A stretch of DNA of 64,000 bases from Lingula anatina (GCA_051362555.1 CM120646.1:16616001-16680000), one strand, 5' to 3'; shown: positions 1-12,793, counted from the first letter of the stretch. Made by a program: numbers and translations. The notes: generated by a model from the letters alone, not told the origin.

Positions 1-148
1 CAAAGGCTGGTTTGTCGTTTCTCATCTCTGGGTACAGTTTAATAAACATCTGTATTGCAGTTGAAATGTGATTTCAGCTCATCCAGATAGTCACTGTAAA
101 ATTGTGCGACCTAATGAACAATACTATGTATTTCTTTTGCACTTTTAG

Positions 149-204
149 GGCACTATAATGAACCTTCCCTACCAAACATAGATGTCCGTTATTTATCACC
201 CTGA
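149..204 (+). CDS. Possible terminal exon of a gene starting left of the window (..HYNEPSLPNIDVRYLSP*)
   Basis: Pyrimidine tract plus AG at 147-148; the phase-1 frame is the longest of the three and runs to TGA 202-204. No recognisable domain. Confidence 0.3.
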
Positions 205-402
205 GTTTGAGTAGGAGGATGCCGACAGAGACTCCTACCTACCTAGCATGCCCCCCTCATCACCCTGAGTTTCAGGTTGCCGACAGAGACTCCTATCTAC
301 CCGGCATGTTCCCTTCATCACCCTGAGTTTCAGGTTGCCGACAACGACTCCCATGTACCCAGTATGCACCCCTCATCACCCCCAGTTTTGGGATGCCGAC
401 AG
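196..402. repeat. Tandem repeat, about 58-bp unit, about 3.5 copies
   Basis: Units starting TCACCC(TGAG) at 196, 260, 318 and 376, each containing TGCCGACA. Confidence 0.85.
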
Positions 403-682
403 TGAATGTTAGACCGATAAGAAGCTGCTGACAGTCGAGGATTCCAGTAGGCACAGGGTGGGAATTCCTCTAGGCCTCAATCAAGTTTGCCACAGAATAC
501 AACATTTCACGACAGTGGAACAAGAGCTGTAACCGAGGATTCAGCGTAGAGTTTTTTTATAATTTTTTCATAATATAAAACTGATTGACACAGAAACTTT
601 TAAGATTAACTATAATTGGTATCAAGCGCTTTATACAGTTTATCAATTATAATTGATCTTTACAGAAGCGTCTTCAATCTAT

Positions 683-921
683 GACTGGGTTCCCATACTT
701 AGATCGATCCATGTGGATCGACCTAACTCCCTGGGGGTTCACGCTAGCAGCTCAAGAGGCTTAAATGTCTGTCGCGCCTACCGAATTAGCTAGGGGTAAA
801 GATAATTACCCCCTAACCGTTTTACAAGGCGTGACAGACGTTTAAGCCGGTTAGTTTGATAGCAATTTAGTGAGACTCCCCACGGAGAAAGATCGATCCA
901 ACTATCTGTGGGAATGGTCCC
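683..921 (+). mobile_element. PIF/Harbinger-like MITE, divergent copy 1 of 4
   Basis: Shares TTCCCA..TAGATCGATC / GATCGATC..TGTGGGAATG ends and the CTAACTCCCTGGGGGTTCACGCT and GTGAGACTCCCCACGG cores with copies at 27328, 34128 and 50789. Ends approximate. Confidence 0.75.
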
Positions 922-3900
922 TATTTTATTTATTTCTTAAACAAGATCAACACGGTGATTACTATGAATATATACCGGTTTCTTAATTCAAATCTGACAC
1001 GACTCCCGACTCCCTTCACTTATAATGGCAAAACAAGAAAAAAAAACTTCAGATATACAGGCATTCCTTTTTATTGCAGTTATTATCATGCAAGGCTAAT
1101 AACAATCTTCAAGCAAGAAATGCACTGGCAGCATTTTGACGGGGTGAAAATAATAATGAACAAAGGTAGTGGCTGCACAAAATGCTAACTCCAAATAGTA
1201 AAATGTGCTAATTACAGGAACTCGGCCAATAAATACAGTATAAACCCCTCCCAAAAAAATTCCTCCGCACCCCCGCCCCTTAAATCTCCCTACACGAAAC
1301 CCGCCGCTTTCCCCATTTCACTACGTTTACATTCTTTTAACAATGGAAAACAGCATCACACATTGGGACACAAAGTCTGCGCTTGTAAATTCATCGTTTT
1401 CAATTTGATGCTCCCTAGTATGCCTTTGATGTCGACTGCAACCACCATCATACCAGGATTACAATGCGGCTCCAAAACTTCAGCTCTTTTAAGGTTGGAT
1501 GCACGCGATAATCCGTTTTAAATACATAGCATGTGTACCGATATTATTAATTGTGTTATAGTTGAAGCATTGTCTCTGGGACTGGTTTAATTGTTTATTT
1601 TACTGACGGTCAGTTGATGAATCTGTTGTGGCACGCCTCCATTGTATTGTATTGTCTACCAGTTAACATGACTGGCACTACTGTAGTATATTTAGTATAC
1701 AATATGTGGTATCCTTCTTCAATAGAAAAATTTACTTATCTTTTATATGGTGCTATTATGCTATCTTATATAGAGCAATTGTGTATTAAATGGATATTAC
1801 CCCCTTTAAGTGCAGTGAAATGGATTTTAGTTTTATGTGCGAGCAAATGTCTTTCTGAACGTTGATAGTGATTATGTGCACGACTCCCACTTCTGTGGTT
1901 TCCTAGGATGACAGTTTCTTTATAACAGCTCCATTAGTTTGAGACAAATATGTGAAATTATGTGGAATCTTTATTAAATGACCGCTGCTTTTGCCCAGAC
2001 ACGTACTTTTGCGTTTCAATACATAGTGGAAAAAGCACGAGAATCCGCGTGAGGTGGGGCTGACCTTTAAGCAACGAGGGTGGCACTGTATTCGCTGGGG
2101 GTGTCGTCTCATAAAGCAATATGAAAATAACATGCAACATACGTAGCTTTCTGACAAAAATGCAATTTGACAGAACTTGAGAGCAAATACCAAGAAAAAA
2201 ATTAATGGATAAGTTCTGTCAGCCTTGATTCTTTGCCGTATCAGTCATTAGTTCTGACACGATTCTCCTCCAAATCCTGCGACATCTCGCTTGATTTCAC
2301 GTTGAGTCGCTAAACTTAGGGGGTAACTCGGATTAACCCCATCGATATGACGTACTGTAGTAAGTATGTTCGTCTATCCAATCTTCCTGAAAGTATGTTT
2401 TTGTATAGTATATATTTTTTTGTCTTTTGCAGGATCTATCACACATTAAAAAATGATAAGGAAATTATGCGCTTTTGTGGTTGACAGCGCGTTCTGTAAG
2501 AAATATTATAGGGAAATCGTCTGATGATTCAACGTGCGTTATTTGTTGCTAGTTCATTTTAAACCACTCTGTGCTGTTTAAATCCCATTTACCCATCATC
2601 ACCAGGTAAATGCGTTGGCTATTATTGCATAGGACTGAGGGGCCATGTCACGTCCCCCGCAGGGAGCTACAGGTACGAGTACACGTCAGTTCAAGTTTTA
2701 AGGCGGCTATAAGGACGAGGGTGGGTGGGTGGGTTGGGTGGGATTAAATCAAAATCCTAACACAAACAATACATGATTAACACAAGTCCTTTAAAATACG
2801 CAGCATCTTTTTAAATGGTCTAATACCAGATCAGAGTACAAAATATTATTTAATGTTATTAAAACTGCCATGATTGAATGCGATATGCAAGTCGACCTCT
2901 ATGAGAGCAGGGGCATGTTTTACAAAACCAGTTAAAACCTAGACTTGGTCTAAACTTTAAGACTACCTTTTAGTCACCTCTGACCTAAGATGAATTAGTG
3001 GATGTCCAACCCAGTGAAATGCTTTGCGTTTTTTTTATAACACGAAAAAATGGTTAATGCTTATGACCAGTGCTTGGTCTATTTAAGTGTCCTACGGCTC
3101 ATTTGTACTGGAAATAAAAATAAAAATTAAACTACGAAGAGCATTCCGCATAGGAATTTTAAGTACTTGCCTAAGGATACGGTCCTTAACAAATATAGAG
3201 AAACTCTTTTGCGTAACGTAACCGGTTCTGCGTGATTACACAACTATCGAATTACACGGCAGCACGAAGCAAAATCTTGTTCTTCTCAGTTCAATTAATG
3301 CACATTTTACATCCAAGCTGCAATCTACATAAATTCTGCGTACGCCAGGTGTCTTGAAATGTTTCTGTTAATTGCTGTCCTCGCATCACCAGGCTAATGG
3401 AGCATGTTCGTGTGAAATATATGTTTTAATGTCTTTGATGATGAGCACTGGACGGGTTTATGACCTTACCTGGACAAGGACATCATGTGTGGAAACCTGT
3501 GACAGGCGACACCCCCAGGGGATCAATCTCATTTACACGGTCAGCTGAAGTTCATCGCCGTTCCATATCAAATAAACCTCGTCTCTAACAGCATCTCTTC
3601 TTGTTTCTGCGATGTTGAGTTCTTCGTTACTGAAAAGTGTTCACTTTAGAGGTTCTCTTTCTTCTCGGCCTAAAACGAGAGCCTTTCGTTGCATTGTTTA
3701 TTCTTGTAATGAATTGGTCCGTTGCAGAAAGGTAACATGTACCTTAGCTGTAATAAATTGTCACGTCGCAAAGAAAATCGGTGTGTAGATTATGAGGTTT
3801 GTACTTATGCTGAGATTGAACAAGTCGCATGCAAACAAATTCCACTTGGGCCTGAATAACATCGCGCGTGTAAAAATGTGTTTTTTCTCAACAATGTCGA

Positions 3901-5197
3901 GTGTAGCTCTTTAAAAAAATGAAGTAAATGTGCAAGTAAAAATAAGAAATCTTATTACGTGCATGTCAACAGGAAGTCGTTTGAACACGGGATCACATGC
4001 ACATACTTCCTCATAAACTATTGTTCATGAGAAACCATGGCAAACGACACTACTAAGCGTCGGTCTTTATGTCTGTATCTTTTATTATTATTTTTCATCT
4101 AACGCGTATGTTTGAATATTAAGTCGTTTTTAACTCTATAGATTTACTGTACCTCACCTTTTCCACAAATTAATTTACAGTATAGTACAGTATGATTTTT
4201 TGTAATTTTTCTTTCTTTTCAGAACACATTCGATCATTTAGTCATTTCAAAAATTCAATATACAGTTATCCTCTTTAACAACGAGAGCCTGAACTTCAAA
4301 TGTATAAATAAGGATCGATCGAGCCACTGAACATAACCCCACGTCTTTATTTTTTCTACAAAGACAAACAGTCTTTAGAGTCATCATAATTTATTGAAGA
4401 TTTGCTGACAATTTTTAACATGTTGTGGCAGAGGGTTGTGTATAACGAGAGGTTTTGTTTAAACTTGCCAAAAAAATTTCACCCTACCTCTCTCAAAGCA
4501 CTGAATATTTTGCTGTTAACAATTCACGCCATTTTGGTCTCCAGCACACCGGTTGCAGTCAACACAAACCACCCGAAGTTATAACGCTAGCCACAAATCA
4601 CGAAAAAAAGACACAGATTCCCATGCAGTGCAATACAAAACACATTAAGTCACCTTTTAAAAAGATTACACAACACTTGACCCACTATTCAACCCCGAGA
4701 ATGGAATGCTTTACCGGACTTTCAAGGGACGTAAGCGGTCGTTTCTATTATACTTACTCTGGACCATAATGTACCCGTTGGTTTGCATATTGATGAGATG
4801 CGTATGATATTAATGGTATTGTTTTGATATGCGACAATCAAAGGGCCTTATTGGGCTGTTCTTCTATACTAATACCTCTCTTCCTATATAGGTTGAATCA
4901 CGCAAAGGACCCTTTCTGGCTTGCCTCCCCAGTCGATCAGCACTTTCATTATGCCTTTTCGGGCCACTGTCGCCTTACATGAGATACAAAATTAAATTGG
5001 CATGAGAGGGGATCCATGCTTCATCAATGTCGGGTAAATGAATTGGCGACGCAGGGCGATAAAAACGCATTATTCAAATGCAGGGTCCCTTCATGTTTAG
5101 TACTTTCCACCTATCAGCGCATTCCGCAATACAATAGACCTCTTTTCTCTAGCAAACAGACACATAGGTTCATTAAATTTCGTCATGATAGTGAGCG

Positions 5198-5266
5198 TAT
5201 ATAAACAGACGGCTCCAACCGAAGTATGAGAGAAACGGCACTTGCTTTTCCTACAGGACACAAAAG
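5198..5266 (+). promoter_or_regulatory. Putative TATA box and short non-coding first exon of the collagen gene
   Basis: TATATAAA at 5198-5205, initiator-like CACTT near 5239 and a strong donor AAG|GTAAGG at 5266/5267. The ATG-bearing exon has its own acceptor (TTTTTACAG, ending 7238), implying an upstream UTR exon. Confidence 0.5.
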
Positions 5267-7245
5267 GTAAGGGCGAATTTCAGGTGTGACTGTCGCTTTA
5301 CATGCATTGTACAGCGTTCGTTGGCGCAGGGTCGTCAATGCACAGGATGCGATGCAGGTGGTGGGTGCGTCCGTATGATATGTATGAATTGATGACGCTG
5401 AATTTTGTTTTAGAATTTGTTTGCATACTTTAGAACAGCGCAACTCTTAGAATGTCCTATTTAGTCGAAAGAAGAAAAGGTTTTTAAGCGATTGGGAGTC
5501 ACAAAGATTTGTTTTTTTCTTTTAAGTCGCTGACGTCTTATATATTTAATATTTCAAAATTGCCTGGCAAACAGCAAATTTTGTGTTACGCGCTTTATAA
5601 TACTATGCTTAAAAGTTAGATAAAAAAAGAGAGAAAATGTGTACAATTCGATTAAGTATGCGCAACTGCGTCTCTAATGAAAAATATTCGAAAGCGACAA
5701 ACCTTTAAAATTTTGGCATTCAAGTATCATTTAACCCTCACTGTAATTTTTCGTTATGTGAAAACTGGAGTATAGATTTTAAAAAGCTTTTTTTAAGTCA
5801 TCGGTTATAAATACGTTTTAGATAAGTTTTGTGAAGATTTCGTTTTTTTATTTCTACATTCAACCCTTTAACAAAAAAGTTAGTCGACCTAAATTTGATG
5901 GCATATTAAGAGCATTAGAAAGGTAAGATTGGTCTGAATCTTAGCAAGAAGGGGACGTTTTAAGAATGACGCGACCAAAATCATTAGCGACCACGGCCCC
6001 ATTAAATATACGTGAGGTCAAATACTTTTACGCCTATAAAAATTGATTAAGAATAATTCAGAATGCGTTATCAGTTATCTCGCTGCAGAAACTCGACCCT
6101 TACGCAAGAAGACAGTAGCGATATTGTCCTATAGCAATTTATTGACAGTGTCGTCAAACTCGTTTTCTACCTATTAAAATTTCAACCTATGATTGGCCTG
6201 GTTTAATGGCGATTAATTTTCACCGAAACAATTGGCCACTGTTCGAAATGATTGGAGTCAACAGGTCTGTTTGCGTGCGGTTTCTCTTAACTTAATTTAT
6301 TTGAAGTCAAATGTTTGTACAACTTCGTGACTAATGGACGAAATATCGTGAGCCCTTCATTTAGTACTTTATGCCCCTAGTCTTTACAAAGGTTAGATGT
6401 TTTTAAGGGTCTCACAATTACTTTAGTTAAACACTGAAGATGGTATTCCTGGCATTTTTTTCCTATTGTATTGAATTCGTCTTTACAATAAACCTTGACG
6501 ACCTTAGGCGCATGTTTCGGAACCTTTTTCTCGGCTTACATTTTCAGTTGTTTAAAAAAATATCTTTTGGTGAAAAAAAGTTATGACGTAATATCACTGA
6601 TTATAGATGGCGCTACAGGCGATCTTTTAGATGACGTGACCACAAATAATTCATGCTTTGCGTGCTAACGGGAAATATTCTGGAAGTCAGACACGTGGCA
6701 AATCGGTAGCACAATAAAAGCCTTTATGCCCTGACAATCGTAACATTTAAAAGAACAAGTTTGTTACTGACCACAATCCTGCAAATAATTGAAGCCGAAA
6801 GGCAAAACTGGATATCATTTCCTTTGGACATGCACTAAGCATTTCAATGGTGTAACCATGATGTGTAACCATGATTTTTAACCATGTTATATGGATAATA
6901 CAATTATTAATTAATTTAAAGCCTACTGTGCGTTTTCTTATAAGAGACTTAATGCTGAAACTAAAACGTATGCAAAAAATATTTACTTCATTTTATAACC
7001 ATTAGTTTCTTCTTGTGGTTAGACTGTGTGTCTCTAGCAGCACTGAAACGAACATAATTTACGAATGATTCCTTCATTTCTACACTTTAACTACCCGTCT
7101 GCATGATGCATATAAAATACAGCCGTCAGGTTGTGGCTTTAAATGGATTATCAGAAAAATATCTTCGCGCTTATTGTGAAACAGAAAATGGCTATTTGTA
7201 CAACGAATACTAAGCTCAACCACAATTTTTTTTTACAGCAAGGAC

Positions 7246-7322
7246 ATGTGGACCCGTTTGGCACTTTTGGCTGTGGTGGTCGTTGCCACACAGGCCACCT
7301 CCATCCGTAAGTATTTTACTTC

Positions 7323-7375
<53 letters not shown>

Positions 7376-10300
7376 CACTTTTCATAGCTTAGACACGACA
7401 AAGTTATCTTCAGCATTTCATATACAATCAATTGAAATTGTGTTGTAACAAATAAACGTGGAATTAATTGCAAAGGAATTTTTTTTCGTTCCAGGTTACG
7501 GATATGCCGGAGGTAGGCAATCAAAACGACTACATTATTTAGACTTAAATGTTTCTCCAGTTTCTGTACTTTAACTAAGAAGAAACGTACCGTACTATTT
7601 ATGGATTTTCAAACCCTTGACTTGAGATTTTTTTTCTAATGGTAGTTATAGGGATACCACTTTTTTCTAGTAGAATTTGGATTTCCCTCGGCGTAAACGT
7701 CTTCAGTTTCAAACGCACATTTTTAAAAGCTGGTTGTTTTCAAGTATTCTATAAGTTTCTATAAAATGAGTCCATATATGCGAGATGCACACTGATCTAT
7801 CAGTCTTATTACGTTCCAGACGCATGTACTCCAAACCCATGTTTAAACAACGGAGTTTGTACCAGTCTGGGTGGAGATAGATTTAGATGTAGCTGTTTGA
7901 GAGGACTTACTGGTATCATCTGTCACTTGGGTAAGTGGAATAAATTTTAACAAAAAAAGAATCTTGGTGAGCACAACTTAATAACGCTACACAGGGACAT
8001 TCTGATACAAAGAAACGCACCCTGGATGTTGCTGAGGTAAAATACTACTAGTGACGAGCCCTAATATCAAAATTTACATTATGGTATCATTTTTGAAAGC
8101 AGTGTCTTTTTACATCTCTTTAAGTACCCTTTAGACGAAGTCGAAATTTGAAATCCACATCCAATTATGTGGTGGACACAAATTGTAAAGGCCTAATGGA
8201 ATAACTTTTCCGTTTTCACGTCATTCTTTGTCAGGCTATTTCGTCTTCACAAAACCTTGTCCGTACAAATAAAAAATGTTCTCTTCGGTAACATAAGGTA
8301 TTTCTGTACATAGAAAATACTTAAATTCCATTCCCGTCTAAACTTTTAGATGAGGCTGGCAACCCAGCCTGCCCAGGCAAGTGCGTCGGCGTCCCAGGCC
8401 CAGCTGGTGCCCCAGGACCACAGGGTCCAGCCGGAGCCCCAGGTGTCGGCGTCCCAGGTGCTGATGGTCGTCCAGGTGCCCCAGGCGCTCCAGGTAAAGC
8501 CGTCAACTAAATAGTGTGTGCAGCGTGGACCCACGTAAATTTAAAACTAAATTAAAACTAAACATCACTGCATAATATCCAAAGTATGGCATGTGATATG
8601 TTGGTACAAAGTATTATTCATGAAAACTTATTTGGAATGAAAATAATAACTTACTAATTATACCTCTATAGGTCTGAAGGGTGCCCGTGGTGCTAGTGGC
8701 TTCCCAGGTGCTCCAGGTGCTGACGGCAAGCCAGGTCCCGCTGGCCGCCCAGGTGCTGACGGTGAGTTACAGTCACGATTATTGCCTACGTTAAGCTGTA
8801 ACAATGAAAATTGCATTTCCGATTATTGTGTTCAGTGTAATCGCTGTAAGCTTCGTCCAAATGATATCCGAAAAAACAAAGCCTTAAAAGTAGGAAGTTG
8901 AAAATAACCGTCCCAAAGAGTTAATTGTACATAGCTATCCTTTATGTTTTTTCAACAAAAACAGGACTTCATCTTTTCACACGGTTTTGAAATGAGTTTC
9001 CATTTCTTGTAGGTCGCCCAGGCGCTCCAGGTGCTCCAGGAGCCAAGGGTGCCCGTGGTGCCACTGGTGCCACAGGTGCTCCAGGCAACGATGGTCGCCC
9101 AGGTGCTGCCGGACGTCCAGGTGCTCGTGGTCCAGTCGGTCCAGTCGGCCGTCCAGGTGCTCCAGGTCTTGCAGGTGCTCCAGGTCTTCCAGGAAAGGAT
9201 GGTGCCCCAGGTCGCAACGGTCTTGATGGTGCTCCAGGTGCCCCAGGCGCTAAGGGTCCACGTGGTAACACTGGTGCTCCAGGTGCTGCCGGTCTTAACG
9301 GTGCCCCAGGTGCACGCGGTCCAGTCGGTCCAGTTGGTGCCCCAGGAAAGGATGGTCGCAACGGTGCTCCAGGCCGTAACGGTCTTGACGGTGCTCCAGG
9401 TCCCAAGGGCGCCAGAGGTGCCACCGGTGCAACAGGTGCTCCAGGTCGCCCAGGAAAGGATGGTCTCAACGGTGCTCGAGGTTTTGATGGTGCCCCAGGT
9501 GCTAAAGGCAAGGATGGACTTAACGGTGCTCCAGGTGCCCCAGGTCGCGATGGTTTTAACGGCGCTCCAGGTGCCAAGGGAGCTAGAGGTGCTACCGGTG
9601 CCCCAGGTGCTCCAGGTCGCCCAGGTGCTAAGGGCAAGGACGGCGCCAACGGTCTGCCAGGTCTTGATGGTCGCCCAGGTGCCGCTGGTCGCCCAGGTGC
9701 TCGTGGTCCAGCTGGTCCAGCCGGTCGCCCAGGTAAAGATGGTTTGGCTGGTCGTCCAGGTGCTTCCGGTAGACCAGGTGCCAAGGGTGCCCCAGGTCCA
9801 GTTGGACCCGTCGGACCCGTCGGTGCTCCAGGTCGTAATGGTGCCCCAGGCAAGGATGGTCTTAACGGTGCCCCAGGCGCTCGTGGTCCAAGAGGCCCAG
9901 TTGGTCCAGTTGGTTTTACCGGCGCCCCTGGTGCCCCAGGCAAAGATGGTGCCGCTGGCAGAAATGGCGCCCCAGGTGCTCCAGGACGCAAAGGCGCTGA
10001 TGGTCTTAACGGTGCCCCAGGCAAAGATGGTGCTGCTGGCAGAAATGGTGCCCCAGGCAGAGTTGGTGCCCCAGGTCCAGTTGGCCCACAGGGTGCTAAG
10101 GGTGCCGCTGGTGCCCCAGGCCGTGATGGTTTCAACGGTGCTCCAGGCAAGGATGGTCTCAATGGCGCTCCAGGAAAAGACGGTGCCCCAGGCCGTAATG
10201 GCGCCCGTGGTCCAGCTGGTCCAGTTGGTCCAGTCGGCCCAGTCGGTGCTCCAGGCCGTAATGGTGCTCCAGGCAAGGATGGTCCAGCTGGTGCCCCAGG

Positions 10301-11473
10301 TCGCAATGGTGCCCCAGGCGCTAAGGGCGCTACTGGTGCCCCAGGTCGCAATGGTGCCCCAGGTGCTAAGGGTGCTCGTGGTGCTTCTGGCGCTCCAGGC
10401 AGAGACGGACTCGCAGGTGCCCCAGGCAAGAGAGGTCCAGCAGGTCCAGCCGGTCCACAGGGTCGCCCAGGACCACAAGGCGCTCCAGGTGCCGTCGGTG
10501 CCCCAGGTGCTCGCGGTCCAGTCGGACCAGTAGGTGCCCCAGGTGCCCCAGGCAAGGATGGTGCCCCAGGTGCTGACGGTCGCCCAGGTGCCCCAGGTGC
10601 TCCAGGCGGTAAAGGTCCACGTGGTGCCACTGGTGCCCCAGGCCGTGACGGTCTTGATGGCGCCCCAGGTGCCCCAGGCAAGCAGGGACCAGCCGGACCA
10701 GTCGGAGCCGTTGGTGCCCCAGGTGCCCCAGGCCGTGATGGCGCCCCAGGTGCTCAAGGTAAGCTCTTCAGCAGCACAAATATATAAAAATTGACTTGAG
10801 GCAAATTTGGAAAGGATGAATTTTGTCTTGAAATATTGCTATTTGCAGAATAAGTTTGCATTAAAAATATTAAATGCGCCAGCTGTTTTTTTTCTTACGC
10901 CAGCCATATATTCATTGTGTGCAACTGACTTGTGTAAACGGGTAAATATACATTACGATATGTTCACATAACTTTATTTTCTATTGAAGGACCAAGAGGC
11001 GATACCGGTGCCACTGGTGCCCCAGGTGCCCCAGGCCGTGACGGTGCCCCAGGCGCTCAAGGTTAGTTTTTGGTCTATACAAAATAGATACACCGCACTG
11101 TGACTTCGTTCTCGACCTTAACAATGCTGTTGGATATAAGTTCATCTTTAAGTAACTGACCTCCCGGATTAGTCCCAGCCATACTTTTCACGGGCATTTT
11201 ATAAATAATTCCATGTGAAATTCGAAATTAAAGTTTTCGACTAGAAGTTAGGAAAAGGTTCATGTGCCCAGCATTTATATTGACAAGCAAACTCAGTGAA
11301 GTTGTTGTTATTATTACTATTATTATAAATGTTATTATGATTATTTATTTCGATGTACACCTTTTATCATTGCAGGTGAGATGGGAGCCATGGGAGCCCG
11401 TGGTGCCATGGGTGCCGCCGGCCGCCCAGCCGCCGCCCGTGGATTCGGATACAAGAAGCCACGTTACTACTAA
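7246..11473 (+). CDS. Secreted EGF-domain non-fibrillar collagen, 779 aa
   Basis: Coding exons 7246-7306 (signal peptide [20 protein letters not shown]), 7495-7512 (RYGYAG), 7820-7930 (EGF: [37 protein letters not shown]), 8350-8493 (CPGKC then Gly-X-Y), 8672-8761, 9013-10758 (194 uninterrupted triplets), 10990-11061, 11376-11473 (..[14 protein letters not shown]). All introns GT-AG and phase 1; total 2340 nt. Confidence 0.93.
7324..7374. repeat. (ATT)n microsatellite in a collagen intron
   Basis: Direct read. Confidence 0.95.
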
Positions 11474-11716
11474 ACTGTTAATCTAAACAACCTCTGGGAA
11501 GTCGGTGACAAGACGGACACGGTACAAGAACTCCTGCACGGGGAAACCCCGCGGTGAATAGCCCAAGTGCTTTCGGGGATTGGGTCAATACTTTCTCAAC
11601 GTTTTTCGGACTATTCCCATCACTGTGGTCGACTTGTTACGGATGGACCAGACAATGTGTTTTGTATGAAGAGTGTGTATTTTATTATTTTGTTTTAAGA
11701 CTAGTAAGGAAAAACA

Positions 11717-11722
11717 AATAAA
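11717..11722 (+). terminator. Candidate polyadenylation signal of the collagen gene
   Basis: AATAAA about 245 nt after the stop, followed by T-rich sequence. Confidence 0.55.
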
Positions 11723-12718
11723 AAAGGCGAACGCATGGGGTTTTATTATTCCGTGAGAAGCCTTTCATAAGTGAATCCATTTGATCGTTCTTTCATTTCT
11801 GTTAAAGGACAATTCATTACGCTTAACGGGGCTTTCGTATTTTCCCTAAATGGCGCTATACTGTTCACCTGATGTGCTATGTTGTCTTATGTCCTCCTTT
11901 CAACTTTTCTTTTAACGATCCTGCTAGCTATAATGAGCATGCGTGTTGCAATGTAATACGTATCTCCAGCCAATTTCCATCAGGCATATTCTTATTGCGA
12001 AATAAACTTTATTTATCTAAAAACATTTTCGTGTTAATACACTGTAGATAGAGAGGCTCGTTCTATTTCGATATACATTCATATATATACATGTATTAGT
12101 GGTTAAATCCATATATTAGCTATTTTCATTGACAAAACACTTACTTGAATTTTTGATTTGGAATGCATGTACCACTAAATTCGCAACGTATTGGTTTCGA
12201 TTTTTGATCTAACATGAACATAAGTTCAAAAGCAAATTAAATGTCTCCTCAATGGACTTGATGGGATGAGTTCTTAAGATCAGCTATATCTTCATAAGTA
12301 AACTTCGTTTTGCGCTAAAAACTAATTTATAAATTTAAACCATGTATGAAAAATCTATCTGCAAGGTATCTTGACCTTCAGCGTGACATTCCCATTTATG
12401 CTGTCATACCACTTGAGTTAATTTCCTAATTACATGATCCAAATAATTAAGCCTTAAATTGCCGTTACAGCTTCTCCACCCCAAACAGCTTCGGTAGGCC
12501 CTATAACAGGCATTAGTTACAATGAGGGTCCATAATTTCAATACATATTTCCACCTTGAAAATAATGTAGCTGCCATTGCTTAATTCGGACCTTGGTTTT
12601 ATCAAGGTTTTACTTTTAACTAACTTTAAAATGTGAATCAAAGCACCTCGTCAAATAACTAATTCAGTTATCCACTTATCAAAATGGCCAATGGACAGTG
12701 ACTATTCTCTTTGCAAAA

Positions 12719-12793
<75 letters not shown>
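12719..12793. repeat. (ATT)n microsatellite
   Basis: Direct read. Confidence 0.95.

Noticed and set aside
3466-3560. CTTACCTGG resembling the U1 snRNA 5' end or a minus-strand donor
   Set aside because: Downstream sequence does not follow U1, and all three upstream minus frames contain stops; at most a non-coding exon.
8952-10757. Long antisense and alternative-frame ORFs (601, 570 and 500 aa), one reading as a mirror-image PGAPGAP collagen
   Set aside because: Expected from GGN/CCN complementarity and the narrow codon set of the sense Gly-Ala-Pro repeat; no independent gene structure.
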